A DNA stretch of 47,965 bases. Origin: a virus. Lineage: Duplodnaviria > Caudoviricetes. The position numbers and the translations under genes were made by a program. The stretch covers positions 1-47,965 of IMG/VR virus record IMGVR_UViG_3300030372_001880; one strand, written 5' to 3'. Below are positions 1 through 10,962 of the stretch, piece after piece. The notes under the pieces were generated by a model that was given only the letters and a program-made list of their open reading frames with translations, was not told where the DNA came from and did no database searches. Within the stretch, counting starts at the first letter, position 1. The number at the start of each line of letters is the position of its first letter.

Positions 1-793
1 GACAAGTGAACTAAAAGTAGATAAGATTACACCAGCGTCAGGGACCAATACACAAATTGGTGAAGCAGGTGATACAACTAATCTTAGCGCTGGAACTGTA
101 ACATTACCGACAAGTATTATTACAGGGCAGTCTGCTAAAACATCTTTAGCTGATGCTGATAAATTTTTAATTAGTGACTCAGCAGCTTCTGGTGCTTTTA
201 AATATGTTGAAAGTCAATACATAGGCGGTGGTGGTTTAAATCATATTATAACAACAACTGTAAGTTCTGGTGGTTCTGGTGTGAGTGATGTAACTTTTTT
301 AAATGGTAGTGGAGGTGTTACTCTTGATGGCACTTATAATACTTATTTAGTTACAGGTACTGGAGTTGGTGTTGCTACTGACGATACATCTCTTATTTTT
401 AGAGTTAGTATAAATGCAGGGTCAAATTATAATTCTCAAATATATTTAACACATCACATTGTTGAAACTACTTTTGGAGATAATAGTGGAAGTTCTGGTG
501 CAGGTGGTCAATCAGTATCGGGTCCTGCACAATTGTTTGCGGGTGCAATGGGGGCTTATTCTGGAGAGAATGTAAATTTTGAAATGAAAATTTTTGATGT
601 TGGAAGCACATCTAACAAAAAAGCATTTACTTATGTATCTGTTGAACATCAATATAATAACATTGTAAAAGTAAGACATGGAGGTGGAATTATTGCTGAA
701 GCCTCAAATGCAATAGATGGAATTAGATTTGCAGCGGGCAGTGGTAATATTACTGAGGGTGAATTTTCACTTTATGGGTTAGCAAAAAGTTAA
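1..793 (+). CDS. Tail fibre / receptor-binding-like virion protein (5'-truncated)
   Basis: Frame is open from position 2 (TSELKVDKITPASG...), so the gene starts before the window rather than at 281. G/S/T-rich; ends FSLYGLAKS; followed by a tail-fibre chaperone. Confidence 0.65.
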   Translation, partial: TSELKVDKITPASGTNTQIGEAGDTTNLSAGTVTLPTSIITGQSAKTSLADADKFLISDSAASGAFKYVESQYIGGGGLNHIITTTVSSGGSGVSDVTFLNGSGGVTLDGTYNTYLVTGTGVGVATDDTSLIFRVSINAGSNYNSQIYLTHHIVETTFGDNSGSSGAGGQSVSGPAQLFAGAMGAYSGENVNFEMKIFDVGSTSNKKAFTYVSVEHQYNNIVKVRHGGGIIAEASNAIDGIRFAAGSGNITEGEFSLYGLAKS

Positions 794-802
794 GGATTAA
801 TC

Positions 803-1129
803 ATGGCAAGATATAGAATAATAAATAATGAAAAAATTCCTTTTACTGCTGAAGAAGAAGCGGCAAGAGATGCTGAAGAAAAAGCATGGGAAGATGGAAA
901 GCTAGCAAGAAAGCAAGCTCAAATGAGAGACCTTAGAAATGAATATTTAGCAAAAACAGACTATCTAGCTAATTCTGATGTAACAATGAGTGATGCACAA
1001 AAAACTTGGAGGCAAACTCTTCGTGATCTCCCTGCTAATGAAAATACTTTAGAAAAAGTAGAATTAATTTTAAAAAGAAATGATGATGATGGGCAATTAC
1101 AACATTCAATATGGACAATACCTAGCTAA
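803..1129 (+). CDS. Tail fibre assembly chaperone
   Basis: Motif RNEYLAKTDYLANSD...WRQTLRDLP typical of phage tail assembly chaperones; RBS AAGGA. Confidence 0.75.
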   Translation: MARYRIINNEKIPFTAEEEAARDAEEKAWEDGKLARKQAQMRDLRNEYLAKTDYLANSDVTMSDAQKTWRQTLRDLPANENTLEKVELILKRNDDDGQLQHSIWTIPS

Positions 1130-1269
1130 TGTCTAAGTTATCTGTAAGAAATATTTATTTTACACCAGTTAAAAAAAGAACAAGCATAGGAGACTCATCA
1201 AGGAGTAGACCTAAGAATAAAAATACAAGGAAGTTACATAAACGAACTAGAGGACAAGGGAGAATATAA
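1129..1269 (+). CDS. Small basic protein, 46 aa (MSKLSVRNIYFTPVKKRTSIGDSSRSRPKNKNTRKLHKRTRGQGRI); not in ORF track
   Basis: TAATG-coupled start; fills the gap to the next gene; KRTSIG...RGQG pattern recalled from marine phage peptides. Confidence 0.7.
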   Translation: MSKLSVRNIYFTPVKKRTSIGDSSRSRPKNKNTRKLHKRTRGQGRI

Positions 1270-1271
1270 TT

Positions 1272-2663
1272 ATGCCACATGAAGCAGGACATACACAACA
1301 AACAACGCAGATACCTGCAGTACAATTACCAGTTGGTGTTGTTCCTAATCCGCAAGCAGGCACATCTAAAGATGTTTTAGATTTAGTAAAACAATCTGTA
1401 AGAGACCCTAGACTTGCTGTAGGAGCACAAATAAATCCTGCTATGCAAACTGCTAATCCTGCAGAATATATGTCAAACCAAGGTGTAGCAACAACTGCTC
1501 CAACAATTACAACCCCTACATCTGCAATTACACAGGCAACAGCAACTACGCCTGGAACAGCAGTTCAAATAGCTGACCCTGCATCTCAAACTGCGGCTCA
1601 ATATACAGCAACAACTGTAGGTACGGCACCTCAAATGACTGCGGCTCAAGGTACAGTAACACAACCTATGACAGCAGAGCAAGGTCAAATAACTGCTGAT
1701 GCAACTGTAGCAGGACAGTTAGGTACATTACAACAACAAGTAACTGATGCAGTAAATCAAGGTAAAGAATTACCTGCATGGGCTTTAGGTGCACAAAAAC
1801 TTGTAGAGTCTAATTTAGCTAAAAGAGGACTTGGAGCTTCTAGTATGTATGCGGAGTCTATGGCTCAAGGTATATTACAATCTGCTATACCAATAGCGGC
1901 GGCTGATGCTGATACCTACAAACAAATGATTTTTCAAAATCTTAATAATAGACAGCAAGCGGCAGTAACAAATGCTCAGTCATATTTTCAAATGGATATG
2001 GCTAACTTATCTAATTCACAACAATCAAGTTTACAAAATTTAGCATCAAGACAAGCACAATTATTTACAGACCAAGCGGCATCAAATGCGGCATCACAAT
2101 TTAACGCTACAAGTCAAAACCAAGTAAATGAATTTTTTAGTAGTCTACAAAAACAAGTTCAAACAAATAATGCTCAAAGAAGTGATGCAATGAATCAGTT
2201 TGCTACAGCAGAAACTAATAAAGCAAATGCTATAAACGCACAAAATGCAACAGCTATAGCACAAGCAAATGCAGATAGAGAAAATGCAATAAATCAATTT
2301 AACTCACAATTAAAAGATAATCGTGAAAAATTTAATGTGGAGAATCAACGTATTATTGACCAGTCTAATACTACATGGAGAAGACAAATAAATACTGCAA
2401 ATACTGCGGCGGCAAATGCGGCAAATCAAACTAACGCACAAAATTTATTAAATACATCAAACTATGCATTATCATCACTATGGCAACAATGGAGAGATGA
2501 AGCTACATGGACTAACGAGTCTGCACAAAACGCATTAGATAGAGCACATAACTTAGCACAAGCGGCATTTGAAAGACAAACAGAATTTGATTTAGCTGAC
2601 CAAGCGGCAAGAGATAACTTATTTAACACAATCGGAAGATTTTTATCGGGGGTATTTAGTTAA
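1272..2663 (+). CDS. Putative internal virion (ejection) protein, Q/A/N-rich
   Basis: 463 aa, helical low-complexity composition, first of a block of large genes after the tail fibre. Confidence 0.55.
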   Translation: MPHEAGHTQQTTQIPAVQLPVGVVPNPQAGTSKDVLDLVKQSVRDPRLAVGAQINPAMQTANPAEYMSNQGVATTAPTITTPTSAITQATATTPGTAVQIADPASQTAAQYTATTVGTAPQMTAAQGTVTQPMTAEQGQITADATVAGQLGTLQQQVTDAVNQGKELPAWALGAQKLVESNLAKRGLGASSMYAESMAQGILQSAIPIAAADADTYKQMIFQNLNNRQQAAVTNAQSYFQMDMANLSNSQQSSLQNLASRQAQLFTDQAASNAASQFNATSQNQVNEFFSSLQKQVQTNNAQRSDAMNQFATAETNKANAINAQNATAIAQANADRENAINQFNSQLKDNREKFNVENQRIIDQSNTTWRRQINTANTAAANAANQTNAQNLLNTSNYALSSLWQQWRDEATWTNESAQNALDRAHNLAQAAFERQTEFDLADQAARDNLFNTIGRFLSGVFS

Positions 2664-3049
2664 TGTTTGGAAATATATTTAAAAAAATTGTACCACTAGC
2701 TGTTACAGCAGGTCTTGCATATACAGGTGGTAGTATGTTAGGTGGGGGCACAGGTCAAGGCATTGGCCCTGTAGGTTCTAACTTATTTTCTACATCAAGT
2801 TTAAAAGAAAAATTATTAAACTTTGCAAAAAAAGATGCACTTAAAAGAGGAGCAGATGCTGTTTTTGGAGGTGCTGATGATTTTCAATCACCATATGCAA
2901 CTGCAAGTGTAAACTTTGATGAATACAGAATGCCTATAGGTAATGTATCTGCAGGTGGCGTAATAGGGTTTCCAGGTAATATAAAAACTGCAGACCCAGA
3001 AGTTATTGCGTATCAATGGAAACAACGTATGACCTCATACATAGCATAG
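2663..3049 (+). CDS. Hypothetical virion-associated protein
   Basis: TAATG coupling; hydrophobic, Gly-rich N-terminus as in ejection proteins. Confidence 0.5.
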   Translation: MFGNIFKKIVPLAVTAGLAYTGGSMLGGGTGQGIGPVGSNLFSTSSLKEKLLNFAKKDALKRGADAVFGGADDFQSPYATASVNFDEYRMPIGNVSAGGVIGFPGNIKTADPEVIAYQWKQRMTSYIA

Positions 3050-3058
3050 GAAATAAAA

Positions 3059-3577
3059 ATGAGCACACCAGAAATAACAACAAGTACAAGTAATCCATTC
3101 GATGCACCAGTTCCTGGACAATCATTAACAGACATTCCAGGCAATTATCCTTGGGAGCATCCGCCACAATTTACGGATTTAAATGAAGCGGCAGAATTTG
3201 TTTGGGATAATTTACACGAAGAAAATAAATTAGAACAAATTTTATTATTATTAAAAAGTGGTGTATCTGTTGAAGGATTGACAAGAGGTATGTTATTTAC
3301 AGGTTTTATAGATGGTAAATGGAATGTTGATTTAGCCCTATTGTTAACTGAAATAGTATTTAACCAAGTACTTGCAATAGGAGTAAAAGCAAAAATAAAA
3401 AATATTAAAATTTTATCTAGTGATAACTCTAATGCAGAATTTAGAAAAGAGTATGGTAAATTAATGATGTCCAAAAATAAAGAAAAGAAAAAAGAACAAG
3501 GTATAAAAGAAATAAAAGAAGACGTTAAACAATTACCAGAAACTGTAGGTTTAATGTCTAAAGTACAAGGAGAGTAA
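3059..3577 (+). CDS. Conserved hypothetical phage protein
   Basis: FDAPVPGQSLT...YPWEHPPQF motif recalled from marine podoviruses; RBS AGGA. Confidence 0.6.
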   Translation: MSTPEITTSTSNPFDAPVPGQSLTDIPGNYPWEHPPQFTDLNEAAEFVWDNLHEENKLEQILLLLKSGVSVEGLTRGMLFTGFIDGKWNVDLALLLTEIVFNQVLAIGVKAKIKNIKILSSDNSNAEFRKEYGKLMMSKNKEKKKEQGIKEIKEDVKQLPETVGLMSKVQGE

Positions 3578-3578
3578 T

Positions 3579-5915
3579 ATGGGTTTAATGAGCGTTGTAA
3601 ATTCTTTAGCAAGTTCACCTCTTGGTAAAATAGCAGGTGGATATTTAGAGGGTGAGATAGATAAACAAGAAGCTGAAGCTGAAGCAAAGAAAACAAAAGA
3701 CGCAAGATACGCCGCTATTACAGATGGGCTTGTAAATAATTTATTAACAATAGAAGCTAATGTAATTGCAAATGCTACTAAAGAATCTCAAATTTATGAT
3801 GAAGGTAAAAACTGGGCACTAAGTAAATTTGGAGAAGGTGGATTAGCAGTTATTGAAAGAATGAGACAAGATGGTTTAATTAGTGGTGCCAATAGTTGGA
3901 ATGATGTTTTAGTTAATTCTAATAATGTTTATGGTGCAGGATTACCACAAGGGTCTGAACCTTGGTATATGCAACAAGAATGGGCAGATTATGCAGAACA
4001 ATTTAAAGATTATAAAGCACCAAATGATTATTACAGAGGTATAATAAATCAATCACAAAATCAAATAGGAAATATACTTAAAAATAATGGCATAGGTGAT
4101 TATACATTTGATTTATTTTCTGGTGCAAAAACAACAGGAACAGCCCCTACTGATTCTAGACCTATGACTATGTCAGATGTTGGTGCGGCTACTATGGGTG
4201 CATCTACAACTGTACAAGGTGAACCAGGAACTCAAGCAACTAATGAAGGCACAATTAATATAACTAGTTTAGGAAGTGCACCAGTATATACTAACAAAGG
4301 TATAGCAGGTTATAATGCTAATACATATTCTAAAGCAGTAGCATCATCTATAGAACAAAACTATCCACAATTTGACCAATTATTTATTCTTGGTATGGAT
4401 GGTAGTATGACATTTAACAAACAAGCTTTTGCAGGTGATACTAATAGAGTTCAAGAAGTAAATAATGCTATGAGATATATAGATAATACTTTGTTAGAAT
4501 CTAGAGATTTATATCAAACAGGTAAATTAAACAACGATGCAACTTATGGTCAATACAGCCAATTCTTTAATACAAAAGATTTTGATGAACAAGGTTTTGT
4601 TCGTATGGCATCAGATGCTTACTTTGATGTTATTAATCAACAAAAAGCAGAATTAATAAAGATAAATGTTCTTAAAAGTGATTTAAGAGAGCAGATTAAT
4701 GATGGCACTTTAAATCAAGTATATCTTGCAGAACTATCTGATTACTTAGATGATGTGTTTCCATATAAACCAGGTGACCCTAACTCTTGGGAAAATATGT
4801 ATTTAAACGCTGTAGCATTAGAAGATAGTCCATTTAAACGTGCATATGATGAAGCTGTTACAGATTACTTTAGAGAAAAAAGACGTATAGGTGGATATAA
4901 TCATACTATGCAATTTATTAGTCCTGCTGACACAGTTCAAACTAAATTTAAAGGTAGTCAAATATTAAGTAATATTCCAGAAGAAGATAGAACAAAACCT
5001 TACGTTGAATATTACAAACAACAAATTACAAATTTTGTTGATGGTGATTTTGGGCCAGAACCAATTAATTCTTATTTAAACAGAATTGCACCAGAAAATT
5101 TTGCAGATGTAAAAGTTTTACAACAACAGTTTGGATTTCAACAAGAACAATTAATTCAGCCTATGAATGAAACATTTGATTTTCCAGATACATATAAAGA
5201 TGTAAACTCTGAAGCTGTAGCAACAGTTAAAAAACAAAGAACTAATGTTGTTATTCCTGGACTACCAACAGTTGCTAGTTCTATATTAGCACAATCAAAT
5301 ATGACAACTGGAGCACAAGTATTATCTTGGATGCAAAGTTTAAATGGTGATGTTAATGCAATAAGACAAGCTGTTATAGGTATGATTGTAAATGACATAC
5401 AAGCAGGTAATATTGATAATATGCCTAGTGCACAAATTATAGATTTAGCAGACCAAGTTCTTTTAGATTTAGGACAGTTTGCAGGTGATGAATTTGATAA
5501 CAGAGGTTCTACAGATGCTGACGCTATAGTTGCTGATAATGAAAACTTAGCTACTATTGAAAATGATAATACAGATATTAACGAAGCAATAGATAATGAA
5601 ACTGCAGATTCAAGTGATAAGTTAGAAGAAGAATTACAAAATAATTTTGAAACTTTACCTAATACAGGAGGAGTTGGAAGATGGCCTTGGCTATTTGAAA
5701 ACGGACAATTTAACCCAGAATTTGCACAAATAAATCAAAAACAAATAAATGAATGGGAAGCTTTGGGTAAATGGGATAGAGAGCAATATATAAAAGCTAG
5801 AGTAGAATTTAGAAAACAAGAAGCAGAAGAAAGACGAGATGACCAAAAAGAACGTCTAAGTAATATTTTTCAAACAATAAAAGATTTCGCACTTCCAGAT
5901 AAAGATAAAAAATAG
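3579..5915 (+). CDS. Putative internal virion protein
   Basis: 778 aa, RBS AGGAG, located in the core-protein block. Confidence 0.5.
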   Translation: MGLMSVVNSLASSPLGKIAGGYLEGEIDKQEAEAEAKKTKDARYAAITDGLVNNLLTIEANVIANATKESQIYDEGKNWALSKFGEGGLAVIERMRQDGLISGANSWNDVLVNSNNVYGAGLPQGSEPWYMQQEWADYAEQFKDYKAPNDYYRGIINQSQNQIGNILKNNGIGDYTFDLFSGAKTTGTAPTDSRPMTMSDVGAATMGASTTVQGEPGTQATNEGTINITSLGSAPVYTNKGIAGYNANTYSKAVASSIEQNYPQFDQLFILGMDGSMTFNKQAFAGDTNRVQEVNNAMRYIDNTLLESRDLYQTGKLNNDATYGQYSQFFNTKDFDEQGFVRMASDAYFDVINQQKAELIKINVLKSDLREQINDGTLNQVYLAELSDYLDDVFPYKPGDPNSWENMYLNAVALEDSPFKRAYDEAVTDYFREKRRIGGYNHTMQFISPADTVQTKFKGSQILSNIPEEDRTKPYVEYYKQQITNFVDGDFGPEPINSYLNRIAPENFADVKVLQQQFGFQQEQLIQPMNETFDFPDTYKDVNSEAVATVKKQRTNVVIPGLPTVASSILAQSNMTTGAQVLSWMQSLNGDVNAIRQAVIGMIVNDIQAGNIDNMPSAQIIDLADQVLLDLGQFAGDEFDNRGSTDADAIVADNENLATIENDNTDINEAIDNETADSSDKLEEELQNNFETLPNTGGVGRWPWLFENGQFNPEFAQINQKQINEWEALGKWDREQYIKARVEFRKQEAEERRDDQKERLSNIFQTIKDFALPDKDKK

Positions 5916-5923
5916 GAGTCATA

Positions 5924-8900
5924 ATGGCTGATAATCAGTACTTAGAAAATTTTCTAAGCGGTGTTAAAGATATAGAAGAACAACGTAAAGAAAAAATTAA
6001 AAAGGATGAGTTAATCCAACCTATAGAGTTTGATGCACCAGTAGTGCCAGAAACTATTATGGCTGACCCAAATCCAGACGCTGAAGACAACAAGCAAATG
6101 CGATTAATGAATGAAAAATGGGCTAAGTTTGCAGAAAGAAAACATCCAGATGATGCTAAAAAACAACAAGAGTATATAGAAAAAAGTAGACAACGTTATG
6201 ACACTATAAATAATTATATGAAACAACCTGTTGGTGGTATATTTGATGCTGTAAACTCTGGATTAAATTTTACTGTTAACAGATTTCTTGACGATGATTC
6301 AAAAGTATTACTCCCAACAATAGAACAACCTAAAGACACAGGTTCAGCCCTTGTTCGTGGAGGTGTTCAATTTATGATTCCTTATCTAGGATGGTTTAAA
6401 GTTGTCAAAGGTGCTACAACAGGTGCTAAATTAATAAAAGCAAAACCTAAAAACAGATTAAGTTTTAAACAAGATTTAGCTATTGGTACAGGTGCAGGTG
6501 CTATTACTGATGTAGTTCATTTTGAAGCTAACGACCCAACATTATCAAATCTGATACAAGCATATCCCCACTTACAAAACCCAATAACAGAATATTTATC
6601 AACAGACCCAGATGACTCAGAAGCTGTAAATAGATTTAAAAGAGCAGTAGAAGGTATGGGTCTTGGTAATGTATTTGCTATAGTGTTACGAGGTGTTGGT
6701 CATGGTTTTACAAAAGTAAATGACAACATGGCTGAAAAAACTATTAGACATGCTATAGATAAAAAATCTAGACCACTAGCACCAAGAAAAAATAAAAAAG
6801 GTAAAAACATAAAAGGTAAATGGCAAGCTCGTGTTAATGGTAAAACTGTAAATGTAACAAAAAGACGAGAAGGTTATACTATTGAAGTAGATGGTGTTGA
6901 ACATAATGCTGTATATAAAACACTAAAAGAAATAAAAGCTGACATAAGAAATGTAGAAATGCATTCTTTAAATGTTGAAGAAGGATTAAAAGGTAGTGCA
7001 AAACTAGAAGTAGATGAAAAAAATCCTTTTTTAAAATTTATGAACGTAGAAAGACGTTCTGTTGGTAGAAGAATAGGTGATTGGTTTAATGGATTACAAA
7101 TACGTTCTTATCTTGCTATAAAAGGTTTTGACCAATATCATGGTATAAAACTTGTAAACAAAGCACTAAGTGAAAAAGGTTTAGATAAAGGTGGCTTTGA
7201 AGATTTACGAATGTACAAAGAATCTAGATTACTTGCGGCTGTATCTGGTTCATTAGAGCATTTAATGAATAATGGCACATTTAAACGCCAGGCTGATGGA
7301 GATTTAGTAAAAGTTGGTAAACCTCTAAAAGAAATACTTAAACCATTAGAAAAAGATATTGAAGATTGGTTGCATTATGTAGTATCAAAACGTTTAGTTA
7401 ATTTAAAAAGGTATGACCCAGATTTAAAAAAATGGGTAAAAGATAAACAAAAGTTTAATGATATATTTCCTAATAAACAGGATAGAGCATTAGTTGTAAA
7501 ACAATCTAAAAAAGGCAATACTGTAACTGCTGATGGTAGAACTTATGATGAAGTATTAAAAGAGTTTGACCAATTTAACAGAGAAGTATTAGATTTTGCA
7601 GAACAATCTGGTATACTTAGTAAAGACCATAGATTTAAAATAGAACAATCACCACACTATATTTCTTTATATCGTGATTTTAAAGGTGATGAATTTGGTT
7701 TTACAAAATTTTCTAGAGGTGTAGGTAATGGTCTTGTAAAAAAATTAAGAGGTGCACCAGTTACAGAACCTGGAGTAGAAACAACTGCGAAAGGTTTTAT
7801 GTGGGATGAAGCTAAACAAAAAATGGTTCCTGCTAAAGCTGATGTATACCCATTTAGAGATTTTCTTGAAGGGTATTTAGAAAATATATTTGGTATAGTA
7901 AAAGCATCACATCGTAATCATACTTCGGCTATGATGGGTAAAGCATTACAAAGATTTGTAGATGATGCAGAAAAAGATTTTATAGAAAAAGGATTATCTA
8001 AAAAAGATGCTAAAAAACAAGCTATAGAGTATGTAGGTAGAATATGGGGTAAAAAAACTTCTGCATTTAAATTAGATAAAAGCACAGTAGATTTATCTTC
8101 TAAAAATGTTCGTGCACAATTAGAAGATATGAACTTAGATTTAAAAGATGCTAATTTAGATGACTTAGTATTTTACTCACCATCAAGAATTAAGTTACAA
8201 GATAATCAATTTATATTTTCTAAAAATGTAGGAGATTCTAGAGAATTAGAAATGTGGGAAATATCTAATCCTTTCTTAGCAGAATCTATGATGGCTATGG
8301 GAGATAGAATTGTAAAACACACATTTAAAGGATTAGGACTTGCAAGAGGATTTAAAACTTTATTAACCAGAGGTGTTACATATGACCCTGGATTTTTTAT
8401 GTATGCCAATTTAATTCGTGACTCTGTTGCGTCATCTATATTATCTAAAGATGGTTACTTTGGAATAGGTGGTGGTGCTATACCTATAGTATCAACAGGA
8501 AAAGGTTTGCTAAATCAAATAAGAAAAAATGGTATAGTAAAAGACCCACAAGGTAATGCTCTTAAAAACTATGATGGTACAGATATGAGATACCAAGATT
8601 TATGGAGAGAGTTTACTTTAAATGGTGGTGGTTTTGATTCTACACTTATGCGTTCTAATTTACAAGAAAATAGAGTTAAGCACATATATCAACAAATGGG
8701 CCTTGATTACAAATTTGTAATTAATCGTTCTAAGTATATGCAAGCAGGTGGTGTAAAAGGTGTAAAAAAAGCTATTAATGGATTTGATGATTTTGTAGGT
8801 GCGTTTGAGTATGCATCTCGTTTTGCAGAATATCATAGATTAAGAAGAAGAGGTGTTAGTGCAAGAGAAGCATCTTTTCAAGCAAGAGAAATAGCTACAG

Positions 8901-10261
8901 ATTTTGCAATGCATGGAACAGGTTCTTTACTTCACTTTTTTACACAAACAGTTCCGTTCTTAAATGCAGGATTACAAGGTTTATATAGAACATTAAGAGC
9001 AGGTGAAGGATTAACCAAAAGTCAAAAACAATTGATGGCGGCTAAGATAGCAACTGCTGTGTTATTACCAACAGTATTCTTTAGATATATAAATAGAGAT
9101 AATCCAGAATATGCAAAACTCACACAACATACTAGAGATATGCATTGGGTTATACCTAAATCTGGTGGAGGTCATTTCTTAATACCTAAACCATTTGAGT
9201 GGGGTGCAATTGGAACTATATTAGATAGATGGTGGGATGCATTTGGCCCATCAGAAATAAAAAATCCTTTGACAGGTGAAAGAATGACATATCTTGAAAG
9301 TGATGAAAAATTTACAGGATATGATTTTGCAGAAGTATTTACAAAAATAATGTCAGAGCAAATGAGGTTAAACATTATGCCTCAAATATTTACTCCATTT
9401 ACAAGTCTTGCAACTAATTCTAGATTTACAGGTTCACCTATAGTTCCTCAGTACATGAAATCTTACTTACCAGATTCTGCACAAGATTATCCGTGGACAA
9501 ATGCAATGTTATTGACTGCGTTTAAAAAGAATCCAGAGTGGGGTGGTTGGCAAGGATTATCACCAATAGCTATGGAACATATTATAAAATCATACACTGG
9601 CACAATAGGTGCATATGTAATGGATTTTATTGTTGACCCTGCATTTAGAGAAGAAGGATTAGATTTAAGTGGTGGGCTAATACCTCCTAAACCAGACGTT
9701 ACAGGATTTGGTTTTGGTACATGGGATAATGCACCATTAATAAAACGTTTATTTGTAGGTGAAACACCAAGACACACTAAAAATATTATAGATTCTTATA
9801 AATTAAAAAATGAAGTAACTAAAAGAGTTAATGAATTAAAAAAATTAAAAGATGAAGGATTTTTTGAACAAGCTATTGAGCTTGCACAATCCCCTGGCAT
9901 GCAAGATATATTGGCATTAGACAAAGGATTACAAGGTCAGTTTATTAAATTACAAGAAATAGCTAAAGCAGAAAAATTAGTTTTTTCTAAAACATTTGAA
10001 GGCGATTCAAAATTTAGAGGTGAACAATTAGAAGAAATTAGAAAACAAAAAATAAAATTAACTGATGAATTAATAGGAATGTTGGAGGCGTACAATCTTG
10101 ACTACATTATACCAAGAACAGTCACGCTACCATTTAGTGGCTCACAGTTACAATTACCTAAAAGACCACAAGGTCAAAATATTAGTATTGGTTCTACTAA
10201 TATTACTAGCTCATCACAAGCTTTTGGAAACTCAATTACAGAAATGTTGCATGGAAACTAG
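5924..10261 (+). CDS. Large internal virion / polyvalent protein with LPD38-like C-terminal region
   Basis: 1445 aa; AREIATDF, VPFLNAGLQG, HWVIPK...IPKPFEWG and FTGSPIVP motifs resemble LPD38-type proteins. Confidence 0.6.
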   Translation: MADNQYLENFLSGVKDIEEQRKEKIKKDELIQPIEFDAPVVPETIMADPNPDAEDNKQMRLMNEKWAKFAERKHPDDAKKQQEYIEKSRQRYDTINNYMKQPVGGIFDAVNSGLNFTVNRFLDDDSKVLLPTIEQPKDTGSALVRGGVQFMIPYLGWFKVVKGATTGAKLIKAKPKNRLSFKQDLAIGTGAGAITDVVHFEANDPTLSNLIQAYPHLQNPITEYLSTDPDDSEAVNRFKRAVEGMGLGNVFAIVLRGVGHGFTKVNDNMAEKTIRHAIDKKSRPLAPRKNKKGKNIKGKWQARVNGKTVNVTKRREGYTIEVDGVEHNAVYKTLKEIKADIRNVEMHSLNVEEGLKGSAKLEVDEKNPFLKFMNVERRSVGRRIGDWFNGLQIRSYLAIKGFDQYHGIKLVNKALSEKGLDKGGFEDLRMYKESRLLAAVSGSLEHLMNNGTFKRQADGDLVKVGKPLKEILKPLEKDIEDWLHYVVSKRLVNLKRYDPDLKKWVKDKQKFNDIFPNKQDRALVVKQSKKGNTVTADGRTYDEVLKEFDQFNREVLDFAEQSGILSKDHRFKIEQSPHYISLYRDFKGDEFGFTKFSRGVGNGLVKKLRGAPVTEPGVETTAKGFMWDEAKQKMVPAKADVYPFRDFLEGYLENIFGIVKASHRNHTSAMMGKALQRFVDDAEKDFIEKGLSKKDAKKQAIEYVGRIWGKKTSAFKLDKSTVDLSSKNVRAQLEDMNLDLKDANLDDLVFYSPSRIKLQDNQFIFSKNVGDSRELEMWEISNPFLAESMMAMGDRIVKHTFKGLGLARGFKTLLTRGVTYDPGFFMYANLIRDSVASSILSKDGYFGIGGGAIPIVSTGKGLLNQIRKNGIVKDPQGNALKNYDGTDMRYQDLWREFTLNGGGFDSTLMRSNLQENRVKHIYQQMGLDYKFVINRSKYMQAGGVKGVKKAINGFDDFVGAFEYASRFAEYHRLRRRGVSAREASFQAREIATDFAMHGTGSLLHFFTQTVPFLNAGLQGLYRTLRAGEGLTKSQKQLMAAKIATAVLLPTVFFRYINRDNPEYAKLTQHTRDMHWVIPKSGGGHFLIPKPFEWGAIGTILDRWWDAFGPSEIKNPLTGERMTYLESDEKFTGYDFAEVFTKIMSEQMRLNIMPQIFTPFTSLATNSRFTGSPIVPQYMKSYLPDSAQDYPWTNAMLLTAFKKNPEWGGWQGLSPIAMEHIIKSYTGTIGAYVMDFIVDPAFREEGLDLSGGLIPPKPDVTGFGFGTWDNAPLIKRLFVGETPRHTKNIIDSYKLKNEVTKRVNELKKLKDEGFFEQAIELAQSPGMQDILALDKGLQGQFIKLQEIAKAEKLVFSKTFEGDSKFRGEQLEEIRKQKIKLTDELIGMLEAYNLDYIIPRTVTLPFSGSQLQLPKRPQGQNISIGSTNITSSSQAFGNSITEMLHGN

Positions 10262-10751
10262 TATTTACATAAATAATAATCCAGGAAATATAAAATATTT
10301 TGCTGATGGTGGAATAGAAGGTGTTGATTATTATTTAGGTAAAAGCGACACAGGAATAAAATATAAAAAATTTAACTCAAAAGCAGAAGGTTTAAGTGCA
10401 ATCTTAGATACAGTTTATAAGTATGGAACTACTAATGTTGATGAAATAATGAGTAAGTATGCGAGTGATGATAAAAGCGGAACAGCCATAGAAGATTATG
10501 GTTCTGAATTACGATTTGCATATGATGTAGCTAAAAATTTAGATTATGATAATCCTGAACAATTAAAAAATTTTGTTCAAGGTATAACACATTTTGAAAA
10601 CTCTGCTAATTCAGAAGATTATGCAAATTATTATACAGAAAAAGATTATAATGATGCTGTAAAGTTATTTCAAGAAAAAAAATTATTTGAACAAATTGAT
10701 AATGTTGAAACAAAAGGGGAGGGCTTTGAAATGAAAAAGCTAGGTCTATAA
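10251..10751 (+). CDS. Lysozyme-fold (muramidase-like) virion protein
   Basis: Start re-assigned to ATG 10251; NNNPGNIK...F.S..EG and ITHFEN motifs typical of phage NNPGN-type muramidase-like proteins. Confidence 0.55.
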   Translation: METSIYINNNPGNIKYFADGGIEGVDYYLGKSDTGIKYKKFNSKAEGLSAILDTVYKYGTTNVDEIMSKYASDDKSGTAIEDYGSELRFAYDVAKNLDYDNPEQLKNFVQGITHFENSANSEDYANYYTEKDYNDAVKLFQEKKLFEQIDNVETKGEGFEMKKLGL

Positions 10752-10954
10752 TGAGTATGAAAGATACAATCTGGTTTGTCGGAGTTGTATTGGCATTAGG
10801 TGTCACATGGGGCATGACATCACAACGTATATCTGCAATGGAAAAAGATGTAGATAGAATGGAACAAGCTCTTGTAATGTTTACAAAAATGGAAGTAAGA
10901 CTAGCTGTAATAGAAGCAGAATTAAAAAATATAAATAAAAAACTAGATAACTAG
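10751..10954 (+). CDS. Small membrane protein (TM + coiled coil), holin-like
   Basis: N-terminal TM segment IWFVGVVLALGVTWG followed by heptads. Confidence 0.5.
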   Translation: MSMKDTIWFVGVVLALGVTWGMTSQRISAMEKDVDRMEQALVMFTKMEVRLAVIEAELKNINKKLDN

Positions 10955-10962
10955 GAGGAAGT

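Noticed and set aside
3145-3705. 186-aa - strand ORF and similar shadow ORFs (e.g. 13202-13687, 35214-35603)
   Set aside because: Antisense to well-supported, tightly coupled genes; explained by codon bias of the real strand.
10098-10250. Upstream extension of the muramidase-like ORF
   Set aside because: Overlaps the 1445-aa gene; ATG 10251 gives the usual short overlap and starts just before NNPGN.
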